This document shows, piece by piece, positions 18,956 through 28,777 of a stretch of 64,000 bases of DNA (the first letter of the stretch is position 1; every line of letters begins with the position of its first letter). Origin of the DNA: a virus (lineage: Duplodnaviria; Caudoviricetes). Where the stretch lies: IMG/VR virus record IMGVR_UViG_3300027760_000553, positions 1 to 64,000 of that record; one strand, 5' to 3'. Below the pieces are notes generated by a model. That model searched no databases. It was not told the origin of the DNA and saw only the letters and a list, made by a program, of their open reading frames with translations. The position numbers and the translations under genes were made by a program.

Positions 18956-19549
18956 GGTATAATGGAATAGAGGAGAGATATGACTTATAGTCTACGCAGA
19001 AAGCCTGAGATGACTAAAGAGATTCGTTACGCAGAAAGAATTGCCAAACTCCTCAACGAGGATATGGGATTAAATCTAGAAGCGGTTGGATTTCATTTAG
19101 TTCGTAACAATCCTGTTATCGCATACAAACGATTAGAGGTTGTGAGTTTGATGGCAGGGGAAGAATATGATACACTTATGGAAGAGATGAGAGGCAACTA
19201 ACTATGGCAATACCAAGTGCAGACAAGGCAGCAATACTATCCCATTTTTGGATGGAATTTAGAGATGACGAAGTACTAAAAGATTTTGTAGAGTTTAACG
19301 ATATGGGATTACCCCTAGCATTTTTTGTGGCAACTGGAATTGTACAAGATACTCCAATGTCAGAGGAATATATATCTGAAACCTTTAATTTATTTTTAGT
19401 TGCGTTAGAGATTGAAGAAGAAGAGATAGATGGGTTAGATAACCTTAATGACATTTTAGACTATGCAAGATCTAAAAAAGAAGGCGACATCTAACAAGTT
19501 TAGCACACATCTTGCTATCGCAGGAGGGTGGGGCTGGCCACACTATATC

Positions 19550-20320
19550 ATGTCAAACCACATTTGTCAAACCTTATTACGATGGATGTAAAAATTTTCC
19601 AGATTCTTGCCCAAACCTTATTACGAAGAGTCTAAATTTTTCCAGATTCCTAGCCAAACCTTATATCATACAAACCTTTATTTGTCAAACAGGTGTATAA
19701 TAATCTTATGAGCCCAAGACATATGTCAAGAATGCTATATCCAAAAATGGCAAAACAAGAAGATAAAGGTTTGGAACAAGTCTTTACTTCCTTTACTGTT
19801 CTTATAGGGTTGGGTAGATACTTTTCTCCAGATCCCGTCGTGGCAATGTCTAATAAGACTATCGAAGATCCCGAAGCGGGACGGGATCAAAAGATAAACC
19901 ACTCTTCCCTATATAACTAATACCTGATATACAAACACTTTTATCCAAACATTATTTTCTGATGTTTTGGATATTTTTTATATCTTTTTAAATAAAATAT
20001 TACGATAATCAAACATTTTTCCCCAAATTTGGATATTTTTTTATATGGTTTTTGGGCTATAAAGGTTTGACAAATAAGGGGTTTGGGTATATAATGCATA
20101 GCCCATATAGAGTTGACAAAGGTTTGGATATGTGGTATAAGGTTTGGGGATAGGGGGTTTGGGGCCCCTGGGATTACGACGCCCTTCTATAAATGCTCCA
20201 TTCTCCACTATCCTCCACTTCACTCCACTATTAGAATGTCAAACAACATAATCAGTAACATTTATTTGTGGATAAACCTGTGTATAACTAACATTTTCAG
20301 GGTATTGACATGTGGATAAC
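19550..20320. repeat. Iteron-like CAAACC repeat region with DnaA boxes (putative origin)
   Basis: CAAACCTTATTACGA at 19568 and 19612; CAAACC on + at left and GGTTTG at right; TGTGGATAA at 20267 and 20311, TGTGTATAA at 20279. Confidence 0.5.
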
Positions 20321-20668
20321 TTTCGTTGACATCCTATCCAAACCAGTGTATACTTGAAGTATGAACATATATAAAATCTCATTGTTAGATTACGACAGAG
20401 CATTCGATCTAGAAATGTTTGCCTCAACCGAAGAAGAAGCCAAGCAAATGGCTATGAGAGAAGAACCACATATGAACATTACGAAGGTGGTTTGTCTAAC
20501 CTCAATCGAGTATATACCATGACACATGTCTGCAACTATGAACTAGACCTTGATGGTCAGGTAACCTGCACTGTATGTGGTGCTATGGATGACGATATGA
20601 GTCACTCTGATGATGTGGATATCTTTGAGTCTCAGATTGACTTTGAGTGATGGCTCTGATATAATAAT

Positions 20669-20863
20669 ATGATGCTAACAATAACTCTAATCCTAATAAC
20701 CTGGTATGCCACAAAGGTATACTATACAAAAACCTTAAATCTTCAAACACCAGCCAAAGAAGAAGGTTTTATGGTTCATGCAAAATGTTATAAATGTTCT
20801 CAAACCATATACACCCATAGAGACAATCTTCGTGCTCCATACTACTGTTTGATGTGCAAATGA
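20669..20863 (+). CDS. Small TM plus zinc-ribbon protein
   Basis: N-terminal hydrophobic stretch; CYKC...CLMC. Confidence 0.5.
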   Translation: MMLTITLILITWYATKVYYTKTLNLQTPAKEEGFMVHAKCYKCSQTIYTHRDNLRAPYYCLMCK

Positions 20864-21082
20864 CAAAATCTAATTTTCCTCTGAAACTACACTATGGCAC
20901 AATGACATCAAACTACTGTATTGGGATATATCTTAATAACTGGGGGTATCCTGTAAAGCATCAATGGGATATAGGCCTTTATCTCTTTAAGTGGTATATA
21001 GGTATAGACTTCTTTAAGGATTGATACTAGGGGTAATTGGGTCTTTATTGACTTCCCCGTCAAAAATTGCTATACTTAAGGT

Positions 21083-21289
21083 ATGATCAATATGCAAATC
21101 CCTGATCCATTTCAAACCTTTGTAGCCAAAAAATATGCTAATGCCAAAGGCTATGTTCATGATTGGTTTACTGGTGAATGGTCTTATACTTGCTCTACTT
21201 GTAAGGAAGATCTTTTTGGTCCATCCCGCAAAATTCTGACAAAGATCAGGCTATATCATACAAGAAATGAGTGCTTAGGTGGCTACTAA
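21083..21289 (+). CDS. Small zinc-finger protein
   Basis: CSTC...H...C; TTGACT/TATACT promoter with leaderless start. Confidence 0.55.
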   Translation: MINMQIPDPFQTFVAKKYANAKGYVHDWFTGEWSYTCSTCKEDLFGPSRKILTKIRLYHTRNECLGGY

Positions 21290-21781
21290 ATGTACACATA
21301 CCTGGTATATGCGAGAGCCAGGAATACAATGTACAAAATGTTTAATTATTTGGGAGAGTGATGAGGATATTAATCTGTCCAATTTGTAAGAAAGAATGGG
21401 ATTTAAGATGGGGTATATTTGGACACGACTCCCTATCTAGGCATATGAAGGATGCTCACCGATAGTGCCCGTGTAGGGCATTGGAAGGTTTTATAACTCT
21501 TATTTTGCGCCGAACTCTAATAATAAAAACCTGATATACTTAAAGTAATCAGCAAATTAGGAGAAAAATGAAGACAACATACAAGTGTACAGAGTGTAAG
21601 ACAAGTATTGTTATTACCACCAAGGTTCACGAATTACCTGAGTCAATCATATGCCCGTGTGAAATGGTAATGCCAAAGGTATGATTCTTTATGTTTATTG
21701 GGTATATGCTATGATAGGCATATCTGCAGTAGTCATAGTAGAATCAATGTATCAATATTTTAAATCATTTAAGGAGAAATA

Positions 21782-22315
21782 ATGCATGTAATAATTTCAC
21801 AACCAAGATCTGGATCAAACTTCATAATTGAAAATGTAAGAAAATTTTCAGATATTACAATAGACAAACATCCATATACTCATCTATGGAATAAAGATTT
21901 TATAGAAAAAAAGTTTGAAAATAAATACATTTTGGTTCTTAGAAAACCAATGGATGTTGTTGTTTCATCATTGATACATAGTTTTGCAAATAAAGAAGAA
22001 GAAGTTCAAATAAACGAAGATGCTTTAATAAAATCTGCTGCAAGGTATTCAAGACACATTCTGCCGTGTTCAATTGACGAAGTGCTTAAGTTTGATTTTA
22101 ATGATCTAGCGTCTCAACCTCATAGAGTTATATCAGCGATTACAGATTTAGACTTCAGTGATAAAGAGTTAGTAGAACCAGAAGGTTTACATGGATCTTT
22201 AAAAATGCACAAAAGTTATGAAGATTCATATAATTTTGCACTAAAACATTCTAGTATTTTTGATGAAGCAAACATTTTATATGAAGAAGCACTTCTAAAA
22301 ACTATAAAGTTTTAA
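21782..22315 (+). CDS. Sulfotransferase-like P-loop protein
   Basis: PRSGSNF 5'-PSB-like loop; LRKPMDVVVS 3'-PB-like motif. Confidence 0.6.
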   Translation: MHVIISQPRSGSNFIIENVRKFSDITIDKHPYTHLWNKDFIEKKFENKYILVLRKPMDVVVSSLIHSFANKEEEVQINEDALIKSAARYSRHILPCSIDEVLKFDFNDLASQPHRVISAITDLDFSDKELVEPEGLHGSLKMHKSYEDSYNFALKHSSIFDEANILYEEALLKTIKF

Positions 22316-22619
22316 TAGTTTTATTTACTAATCGAATCAATGATTTTTTCTTGATTTGTTTTGATGAGAATGTTTCAGTGTATCCATTTTGAGGCATATC
22401 TTCTTTACTAAGGAATACTGCATGTTTCTTTCTTAGTGTTTGTATTACTAGGGATTCTACTGCTCTTGCCTTATCCCGCTCAAAAAAATGCCAATAACAA
22501 ACCAATTTCCACCCTTTGTTCCTATGTGTAGCAAACCTCTTACCTGATATATCTGATATGCCTATCTTAATAGCCTTGTGTGTAGGGCTATAAATGATAT
22601 ATAGGATTGCTTCATTCAT
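22302..22619 (-). CDS. GIY-YIG/T5orf172-like nuclease domain protein
   Basis: LYII...IKIGIS...RF...GYTETF. Confidence 0.6.
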   Translation of the reverse strand: MNEAILYIIYSPTHKAIKIGISDISGKRFATHRNKGWKLVCYWHFFERDKARAVESLVIQTLRKKHAVFLSKEDMPQNGYTETFSSKQIKKKSLIRLVNKTIKTL

Positions 22620-22673
22620 AGCACTATTATACTTTACATACCTTGAAATAATTAAGAATGCTATAATTAAAAT

Positions 22674-23558
22674 ATGCAAAAAGATTCGAACATACTAAAT
22701 ATGCTTCGCTTAGAGATGTATAGCACTGGAGTACTTAATGGATATGGTATGCCATTTGGCCCAAAGATCACGATTGATCCTAATACAAAGTACATCACAA
22801 ATTCCCTTGGATTTCGCACACAAGAGTTTGGTAGAACACCAGACTTTATTTTTTCTGGATGCTCTCATACTTGGGGATGGGGTATTGACGAGTCTTTGAT
22901 TTGGGGCAACCGTATTGCAAAAGCAAAGCAGATCGAGACACGAAACCTTGGTATTAGCAATGGTGCCATAACAACAATCATAGATAATCTAATCGCATAC
23001 TTTGACAAATTTGGTAAGCCAAAAGTATTATTTTGTTTATTTCCAAGTTTAGCAAGAATGAATGTTTGGACAGATAGGAGTGTTTTTGTTGGAAGACATG
23101 GTTTTGATTTTGCAAGAGATACTGCTGTTCCAACTCAGGGGGATTTACCAAAATATTCACAAAAACCACATAAGTTGGAAGAGGTTATAACCTCAAAACT
23201 GCCAACTCTATTGTCACTAAAATATATTTTAAACTTTGAGCAATACTGCGTTTCTAATAATATTATTTTTAAATATGCTTTTTGGGATCCAACAGATGAT
23301 TTCATTATGGATGGCTTACCACATAACAACAGTTACAGTGGATATGTTAAGTCTGATTCTGCTTTATGGGTTAGAGATGGTATTGTTGAGGTGTTTAATG
23401 GATCTAAGGATTGTCACACACCATGTAACGAATTAGAGCAGTACGCATGGCTTCATGGTATGGATATAGAGTTATCAAGTTTGCCCCATATTGGCGCACA
23501 TAGACAAATTCACTACTACGAACTATTTCTTAATGAATATGATAAGATTTATTCATGA
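22674..23558 (+). CDS. SGNH/GDSL-like hydrolase or acyltransferase
   Basis: NSLGFR...FSGCSHTWG...RNLG...PHIG. Confidence 0.55.
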   Translation: MQKDSNILNMLRLEMYSTGVLNGYGMPFGPKITIDPNTKYITNSLGFRTQEFGRTPDFIFSGCSHTWGWGIDESLIWGNRIAKAKQIETRNLGISNGAITTIIDNLIAYFDKFGKPKVLFCLFPSLARMNVWTDRSVFVGRHGFDFARDTAVPTQGDLPKYSQKPHKLEEVITSKLPTLLSLKYILNFEQYCVSNNIIFKYAFWDPTDDFIMDGLPHNNSYSGYVKSDSALWVRDGIVEVFNGSKDCHTPCNELEQYAWLHGMDIELSSLPHIGAHRQIHYYELFLNEYDKIYS

Positions 23559-23638
23559 AATTTATACTATTTTATTTAGAAAGACTTATTAGGTCCATAT
23601 TAAAGAAAAATAAAAAGAAAAAAGACTATATTTATTAG
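23555..23638 (+). CDS. 27-aa basic micro-protein ending in DYIY
   Basis: MKFILFYLERLIRSILKKNKKKKDYIY; ATGA overlap with the SGNH-like gene. Confidence 0.5.
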   Translation: MKFILFYLERLIRSILKKNKKKKDYIY

Positions 23639-24290
23639 ATGCTTTAAAATACAAGTATGTTATAATTTAACTATGGATAAAAATATAGAAAAATGTAATA
23701 GTTGCGATCTACCTGCCAAATATGACGATGTTGATGAGGTATCAGAGGGACAATACGAAGTTGTTGGTTTTTGTCAATGCCATATGACCAACTATCTTGT
23801 TTCTTAATCTATAGTAACCGCTATAATTGACTTCTTGTGCGCTTTAGTATATAATAGATATAAAGGAGGTAAGTTATGATTCATTCATTATTTTTAATTC
23901 CCGCTTTTATTATGGGATATGTAGCATGCTATATTGCTATGACATATAAGGTTGATCAAGATTAAAGAACCAAAGATCTTTCAAATGGACTGGCGCAGCC
24001 TTGGCTATTGGCCTGTTTGGAAAGATGGAAAGAAAATATGGGTACCTAAAGATGATAAATCATTTGACAAAGATTGAAAGAACCAAGGTCTGGCCATTAC
24101 GATGGATAGGCAATTTCCTTGGTGGATATGCTGGTAATCATTTAGTTAAGGCTATTGATTTAGATGAGTCTTTAGATAGTAATTTAGGATTTCGTTATAA
24201 ATACCACGCAAAAATGTGGAAGTATCTTAACAAACCTTACGAGTGGTGGGGAACTTATTACGAATTTGATATGGAAAGATGGAATAAAGA

Positions 24291-24527
24291 TTAAGCAATA
24301 CTGCCAGAACCAGTTACTGATCCAGCGCCGTCTATACCTTTAGGCATAGTGTATATTTCCCAGTTGTTTGTATACCCTGGAGCATATCCTGGGTTTCCAC
24401 CATTTGTAACTCTGATGTAGTATGCTCCGTTAATTCCGTATGGGTTGCCATCTGTAAGAACTACTGCGCCTAATGGATAGGCTGCGCCGTTGTTATAAGC
24501 GCCTTGGTAATTTGGTGGAAGCGCCAT
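24291..24527 (-). CDS. Small carbohydrate-binding-like (CBM5/12-like) protein
   Basis: YQGAYNNGAAYPLGAVV...YYI...PG...W pattern. Confidence 0.45.
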   Translation of the reverse strand: MALPPNYQGAYNNGAAYPLGAVVLTDGNPYGINGAYYIRVTNGGNPGYAPGYTNNWEIYTMPKGIDGAGSVTGSGSIA

Positions 24528-24940
24528 TATGCATACCAACTAATCGTGAAGCCGTCATACAGTAGGACACTGTTTCCTGTTAATCCCCAGTTTGCTTGCC
24601 ATTGTGGGAATGAAAGATCTGTGCCAGGAACTTCTCCATAGTTGTTTACTCCTGGAATTAAAGAAATACCTGAATTTATAACCTGGAATTGCATTCCGTT
24701 AAAAGCCATACCTGCGTTAGTCAAACCAGAGATTGTGATTATTGTGTTTTCTCCAGTAGGCATGTGATCCATTATATAAGAAGGGGCTGAAAAATTTTGC
24801 CAACTAAGGACTACGCCATCAAATATTGCATCTTGATTGTTTGCAGTAAAGTTAAATGACCATGACTGTAATGGATTTCCATTAATGTTACCTGAGCCTG
24901 TTACTGTTCCTGCTCCGAATATTCCTCTTGGTGCTACCAT
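24527..24940 (-). CDS. Hypothetical beta-rich protein
   Basis: ORF track; leaderless start. Confidence 0.55.
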   Translation of the reverse strand: MVAPRGIFGAGTVTGSGNINGNPLQSWSFNFTANNQDAIFDGVVLSWQNFSAPSYIMDHMPTGENTIITISGLTNAGMAFNGMQFQVINSGISLIPGVNNYGEVPGTDLSFPQWQANWGLTGNSVLLYDGFTISWYA

Positions 24941-24996
24941 GAGATTATTATATCATCTGTTTTGACATAACCTGCCAAGTAGGGTATACTGATTAT

Positions 24997-25410
24997 ATGA
25001 TTAACGAAAAGAATAACTACTTTCAATCTGAATCTAAAAGAATTGGGGATGAATTTGAAGAACTTGTTTACCAAGACCTACTTGGTCGTGGATTTAATAC
25101 TATTGATCGAGATTATTATTTTGCTGGTTCTGGGTGCGAAGTAGATTTTAGAGTACATTCAGATACCCGTTTTGAATATATAGAGGCAAAGGGCGGAAAA
25201 GCAGGGGAAGGCAAAAGACCTGGGGCGCAAAGAACAGATAATGTAAAAAAAGCAATTGCCAATGGTGCTTTAATAAAAACATTTAACGACATATATTATG
25301 TTGTTTATTTTTCTGCAAAACCTGAAGTTGGAAGTTATTCTGATGAAATGATTAACATTGCACTTAAATATAAAATAATTGATGAGGTTAGGTATCTACA
25401 AGATGCATGA
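24997..25410 (+). CDS. PD-(D/E)XK restriction-like endonuclease
   Basis: GDEFEELV...EVDF...YIEAKG. Confidence 0.65.
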   Translation: MINEKNNYFQSESKRIGDEFEELVYQDLLGRGFNTIDRDYYFAGSGCEVDFRVHSDTRFEYIEAKGGKAGEGKRPGAQRTDNVKKAIANGALIKTFNDIYYVVYFSAKPEVGSYSDEMINIALKYKIIDEVRYLQDA

Positions 25411-25975
25411 CATTAAGATTAGTGGAACAGATAACAAAAATATAGTTATTGCAAAAAATTGTTTTTCAAAAGAAGATTTAACAAATGAATCTGCCGTTTT
25501 GCAAGTAATCATTGGATCTCTAACTGCTAAATATAAAGATTTTTCTTTTAGTCTTGAAAGTTCTGATGATTTACCAAACTGGGTAAATGTATTGTTGCCA
25601 CTAAAAGGATTTAAAATAATCTTTAACTGTAATCCCAGGATATACCATGATGCGGATGAGGGGGACTTTTTAACTTTCCCATCTGAAATTGGTTTTATGA
25701 TATCAAATCAATATAATACTAACGAATTAACTAAACAGTATAAGATATATTATTACCCTAAAATTAAAAAACAAGAAGGTAGAAACAAATATACTATTAA
25801 AGCAACCCTTCAAGATAACTACAATATAGATATTTATGCAGACAGCGAAGAAGAAGCATTGCAAAAAGCATATAATATACCGCTGCCAGAATGGAATCAT
25901 GAAGAGATAGACGATAAACCAGAAAAAATGAAAATAATTAGATGGTCACGGTGGGGAAACTTTAAAATAATATGA
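25403..25975 (+). CDS. Hypothetical protein
   Basis: ORF track; C-terminal IYADSEEEALQKA motif. Confidence 0.55.
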   Translation: MHDIKISGTDNKNIVIAKNCFSKEDLTNESAVLQVIIGSLTAKYKDFSFSLESSDDLPNWVNVLLPLKGFKIIFNCNPRIYHDADEGDFLTFPSEIGFMISNQYNTNELTKQYKIYYYPKIKKQEGRNKYTIKATLQDNYNIDIYADSEEEALQKAYNIPLPEWNHEEIDDKPEKMKIIRWSRWGNFKII

Positions 25976-26538
25976 AATCAAAACAAATTCATCTAAGTTA
26001 TTATCCAAGATCTGGAACAACATTTTTTATAAAAAATTCTAAGATATTATTTCCAAGTAGCCTTATTGTTTCATATGCAACAGGAAATGGTATTCAAAAA
26101 TTTTTAAATAATAAAAGTTTGTTTCATTTTTCAATAATTAGAAACCCAATTGATTTGATATCTTCTGAGGTTACATTAGAGATGATGAAAAATGTAGAAA
26201 GTGTAAATAGAATTGAATATAGATCAATAAAGCGTATAGACTTGCTGGAAAATTTTTATAATTCAATAAAAGAAAACGAACATGTAAGTATATTTGATTT
26301 TAATGATTTGACTTTAAAACCTAAAGAACTTTTTAGTTATTTGGCAAAAAATAATGATGTTCAATTAAACAATAAAGATATTGTAAAGGTTAGTCCCATG
26401 CCAAATGTTTTTTTTGCATCTGCAAAAGAAGTTGAAAGTTATGAAAAGGTAAGGGATGTCATTTTAAACAATGTAGACTTATACAAAATTAATAAAATGT
26501 ATGATGAATTAATTAATAAAAAATTTGCTATAAGTTGA
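25972..26538 (+). CDS. Sulfotransferase-like protein
   Basis: YPRSGTTF; IRNPIDLISS. Confidence 0.6.
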   Translation: MKSKQIHLSYYPRSGTTFFIKNSKILFPSSLIVSYATGNGIQKFLNNKSLFHFSIIRNPIDLISSEVTLEMMKNVESVNRIEYRSIKRIDLLENFYNSIKENEHVSIFDFNDLTLKPKELFSYLAKNNDVQLNNKDIVKVSPMPNVFFASAKEVESYEKVRDVILNNVDLYKINKMYDELINKKFAIS

Positions 26539-26719
26539 CTTAACCACTGATTTGATGTATACTAATTACATGGTAAAAGAAATCAATATTGAGGATATTC
26601 CAGATAACATTAAAGACAAAATAATTAAAAATTATTTAATTAGATATTATCATTGGACAATTGGGTGCTTTTCTTTTCTTGTTGGCATATTGCTTGGCAT
26701 ATTAATATCTTAATTACAT

Positions 26720-26793
26720 GCACCAGTAGCCAAGTTGGTTAAGGCACCGAACTCATAATTCGGCTATCGTAGGTTCAAGTCCTACCTGGTGTA
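26720..26793 (+). tRNA. tRNA with CAT anticodon (elongator Met or Ile2)
   Basis: Acceptor GCACCAG/CTGGTGT; anticodon arm CCGAA-CTCATAA-TTCGG. Confidence 0.9.
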
Positions 26794-26797
26794 CGAT

Positions 26798-26871
26798 GCG
26801 GATGTTGCATATTGGTAGTGCCTCTGCCTTCCAAGCAGAAGGGGTGAGTTCGATTCTCATCATCCGCTCCA
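26798..26871 (+). tRNA. tRNA-Gly(TCC) with encoded CCA
   Basis: Acceptor GCGGATG/CATCCGC; anticodon arm TCTGC-CTTCCAA-GCAGA. Confidence 0.92.
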
Positions 26872-26872
26872 A

Positions 26873-26945
26873 GTCTCCATGGTCTAGTGGCCTAGGACTC
26901 CACCCTTTCACGGTGGCAACACGGGTTCGAATCCCGTTGGAGATA
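26873..26945 (+). tRNA. tRNA-Glu(TTC)
   Basis: Acceptor GTCTCCA/TGGAGAT; anticodon arm CCACC-CTTTCAC-GGTGG. Confidence 0.92.
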
Positions 26946-26954
26946 CAATATCAT

Positions 26955-26996
26955 TCCTAGATCGTCTAACGGCAGGACAGGGGCCTCTCAAGCCCT
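26955..26996 (+). pseudogene. Truncated tRNA (5' half only, CTC anticodon)
   Basis: D arm GTC-TAACGGCAG-GAC and anticodon arm GGGGC-CTCTCAA-GCCCT; no T arm or 3' acceptor strand. Confidence 0.6.
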
Positions 26997-27010
26997 TATA
27001 AACCTATTAC

Positions 27011-27083
27011 ACCTCTGTAGTTCAGTGGACAGAACGATGGACTTCTAAGCCATGCGTCGCAAGTTCGATTCTTGCCAGGGGTA
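27011..27083 (+). tRNA. tRNA-Arg(TCT)
   Basis: Acceptor ACCTCTG/CAGGGGT; anticodon loop CTTCTAA; T loop GTTCGATTC. Confidence 0.88.
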
Positions 27084-27112
27084 CAACATGATATACTTTT
27101 AACGGAGGGCAT

Positions 27113-27814
27113 ATGCCAAAAATACCAGTAAATGGATTTAATGATGATGGAAGTCTTAAAAAATTACAAGATGATCAAATTGAGCATACCCCATTAATAT
27201 CCCAGGATCAGTTAAATAATGCAAAAATATTTTCTTCTAGAGAAGAATACATAAAGCATTTACCTAAAAATATTAAATATATGGAGATTGGTGTTTCTTG
27301 GGGATATTATTCAAAACTAATAGCCGATATATGTGAACCAAATGAGATATGGCTTTTAGATAGATATTCAATTGACTCAAGATGTTGGAGTTGGATTAGA
27401 ACTGGATCCTGTCAATGCGAGCCAACAAAGCATACAATTCTTTTTACACCAGAAACCCATGAAAAATATATTAAAGATGAATTTTCTAAATATAAAAATG
27501 TTTACATTATTAAGGGAGAAGCAGAAAATACTTTGCCAAACCAAGATAAAGATTTTGATTATATATATTTTGATACACACAACGATAGAGAACATACAAA
27601 GATAATGCTTGATGAAATATCAAAGCATGTCAAAGTTGGTGGAATAATTGGAATAAATGACTATTTAATTTATGACGGAATGAATTGGGATGATTTTTAT
27701 GGAACTTATTTTTCTGTTAATTGGTTCTTAAATAATAATAAAAATTGGTCTGTTAAAGCATTGGCTTTACAGAATTATAGTTTTAATGATATATATCTTA
27801 CAAAGGATTTTTAA
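27113..27814 (+). CDS. Class I SAM-dependent methyltransferase (Methyltransf_24-like)
   Basis: MEIGVSWG; FDYIYFD.H; VKVGGIIGINDY. Confidence 0.75.
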   Translation: MPKIPVNGFNDDGSLKKLQDDQIEHTPLISQDQLNNAKIFSSREEYIKHLPKNIKYMEIGVSWGYYSKLIADICEPNEIWLLDRYSIDSRCWSWIRTGSCQCEPTKHTILFTPETHEKYIKDEFSKYKNVYIIKGEAENTLPNQDKDFDYIYFDTHNDREHTKIMLDEISKHVKVGGIIGINDYLIYDGMNWDDFYGTYFSVNWFLNNNKNWSVKALALQNYSFNDIYLTKDF

Positions 27815-28704
27815 TGATAGAAAACTATGATTTAAAAAATAAAGTTTATTTAAATGCAAACGACATATTTAATTATGAGTTTGATATAACTTGGATGAAT
27901 ATGCAGGAGCATCAAGGTAACAGGAATTATACACTTTTACCAATAGAAAGAGCCGAAGATGATTTTACTATAGAATATAATTTTAATAAAGATGGTTTTA
28001 GATCAGATGATTTTACAGATAAACATACCCCAGGCAAGCACATACTTTTTGCTGGTTGCTCACAAACTGAAGGGGTTGGAAGTTCGTTAGATACTGTTTG
28101 GTCAAAGATGCTTCATGATAAACTTCAATTAAATAACTTAACAGATGGCTTTTATTCTATTGCTAGATCTGGCTATGGGTGGCAAAAAATAATTGCAAAC
28201 TTTATGGCATATTCAAAAAAATATGGATTTCCAGACTATCTTTTTGTTTTAATGCCTAATATAACCAGACATTTTATTTGGCACAATAATGATTATCTAT
28301 ATATTCAAAGATATAAAGATGATGGAAATATAAATGAACCTGAACCAAAAAGTATTGTAGATGATCAACCAGCAACAATTGAAGATTATCACGAAGAGTT
28401 TTTAAATTTTTCATTAGGTTGGAAAATTTTTATAGAATATTGCAAAAAAAACAATGTTAAAATTTTATGGTCTACATGGGATTATTCAGATAATCATAAC
28501 ATAAAATTATTTAATCAGCATGAAGATTTTTTTGAAATGAATCATGAAGAGTATATGAAGATGATAAAAGATAAAAGACCAAACGGAATTTTAGAAAGAT
28601 ATGATATTAAAAGAAGAGATGGTCATGCTGGTGTTTTATCTCACGAGTATTGGTTGAATTCTTTTGTAAAAGAATTAAGGAGGTTTGGAATTGAAATTAA
28701 TTAA
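27814..28704 (+). CDS. SGNH/GDSL-like hydrolase or acyltransferase
   Basis: FNKDGFRSD...FAGCSQTEGVG...RDGHAG. Confidence 0.55.
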   Translation: MIENYDLKNKVYLNANDIFNYEFDITWMNMQEHQGNRNYTLLPIERAEDDFTIEYNFNKDGFRSDDFTDKHTPGKHILFAGCSQTEGVGSSLDTVWSKMLHDKLQLNNLTDGFYSIARSGYGWQKIIANFMAYSKKYGFPDYLFVLMPNITRHFIWHNNDYLYIQRYKDDGNINEPEPKSIVDDQPATIEDYHEEFLNFSLGWKIFIEYCKKNNVKILWSTWDYSDNHNIKLFNQHEDFFEMNHEEYMKMIKDKRPNGILERYDIKRRDGHAGVLSHEYWLNSFVKELRRFGIEIN

Positions 28705-28777
28705 TAAAATAATTGTTTGGTACAGATTTAAAAAAATAGAAAAACAGATCAAAAAACAAGAAAAATATATATATTAA
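28691..28777 (+). CDS. 28-aa basic micro-protein ending in KYIY
   Basis: TTG start after AGGAGG; LKLINKIIVWYRFKKIEKQIKKQEKYIY. Confidence 0.5.
   Translation: MKLINKIIVWYRFKKIEKQIKKQEKYIY

Larger units (their letters stand above)
15968..19494 (+). other. Run of roughly 15 small, mostly acidic hypothetical ORFs (15968, 16183, 16562, 16921, 17301, 17578, 18009, 18341, 18532, 18980, 19204 and others)
   Basis: ORF track; tightly abutting start and stop codons, all on the + strand. Confidence 0.65.

Noticed and set aside
24997-25050. Identical SESKRIG peptide in the nucleases at 24997 and 57852
   Set aside because: Only a 7-aa match, with no further clear similarity beyond generic PD-(D/E)XK features; may be chance
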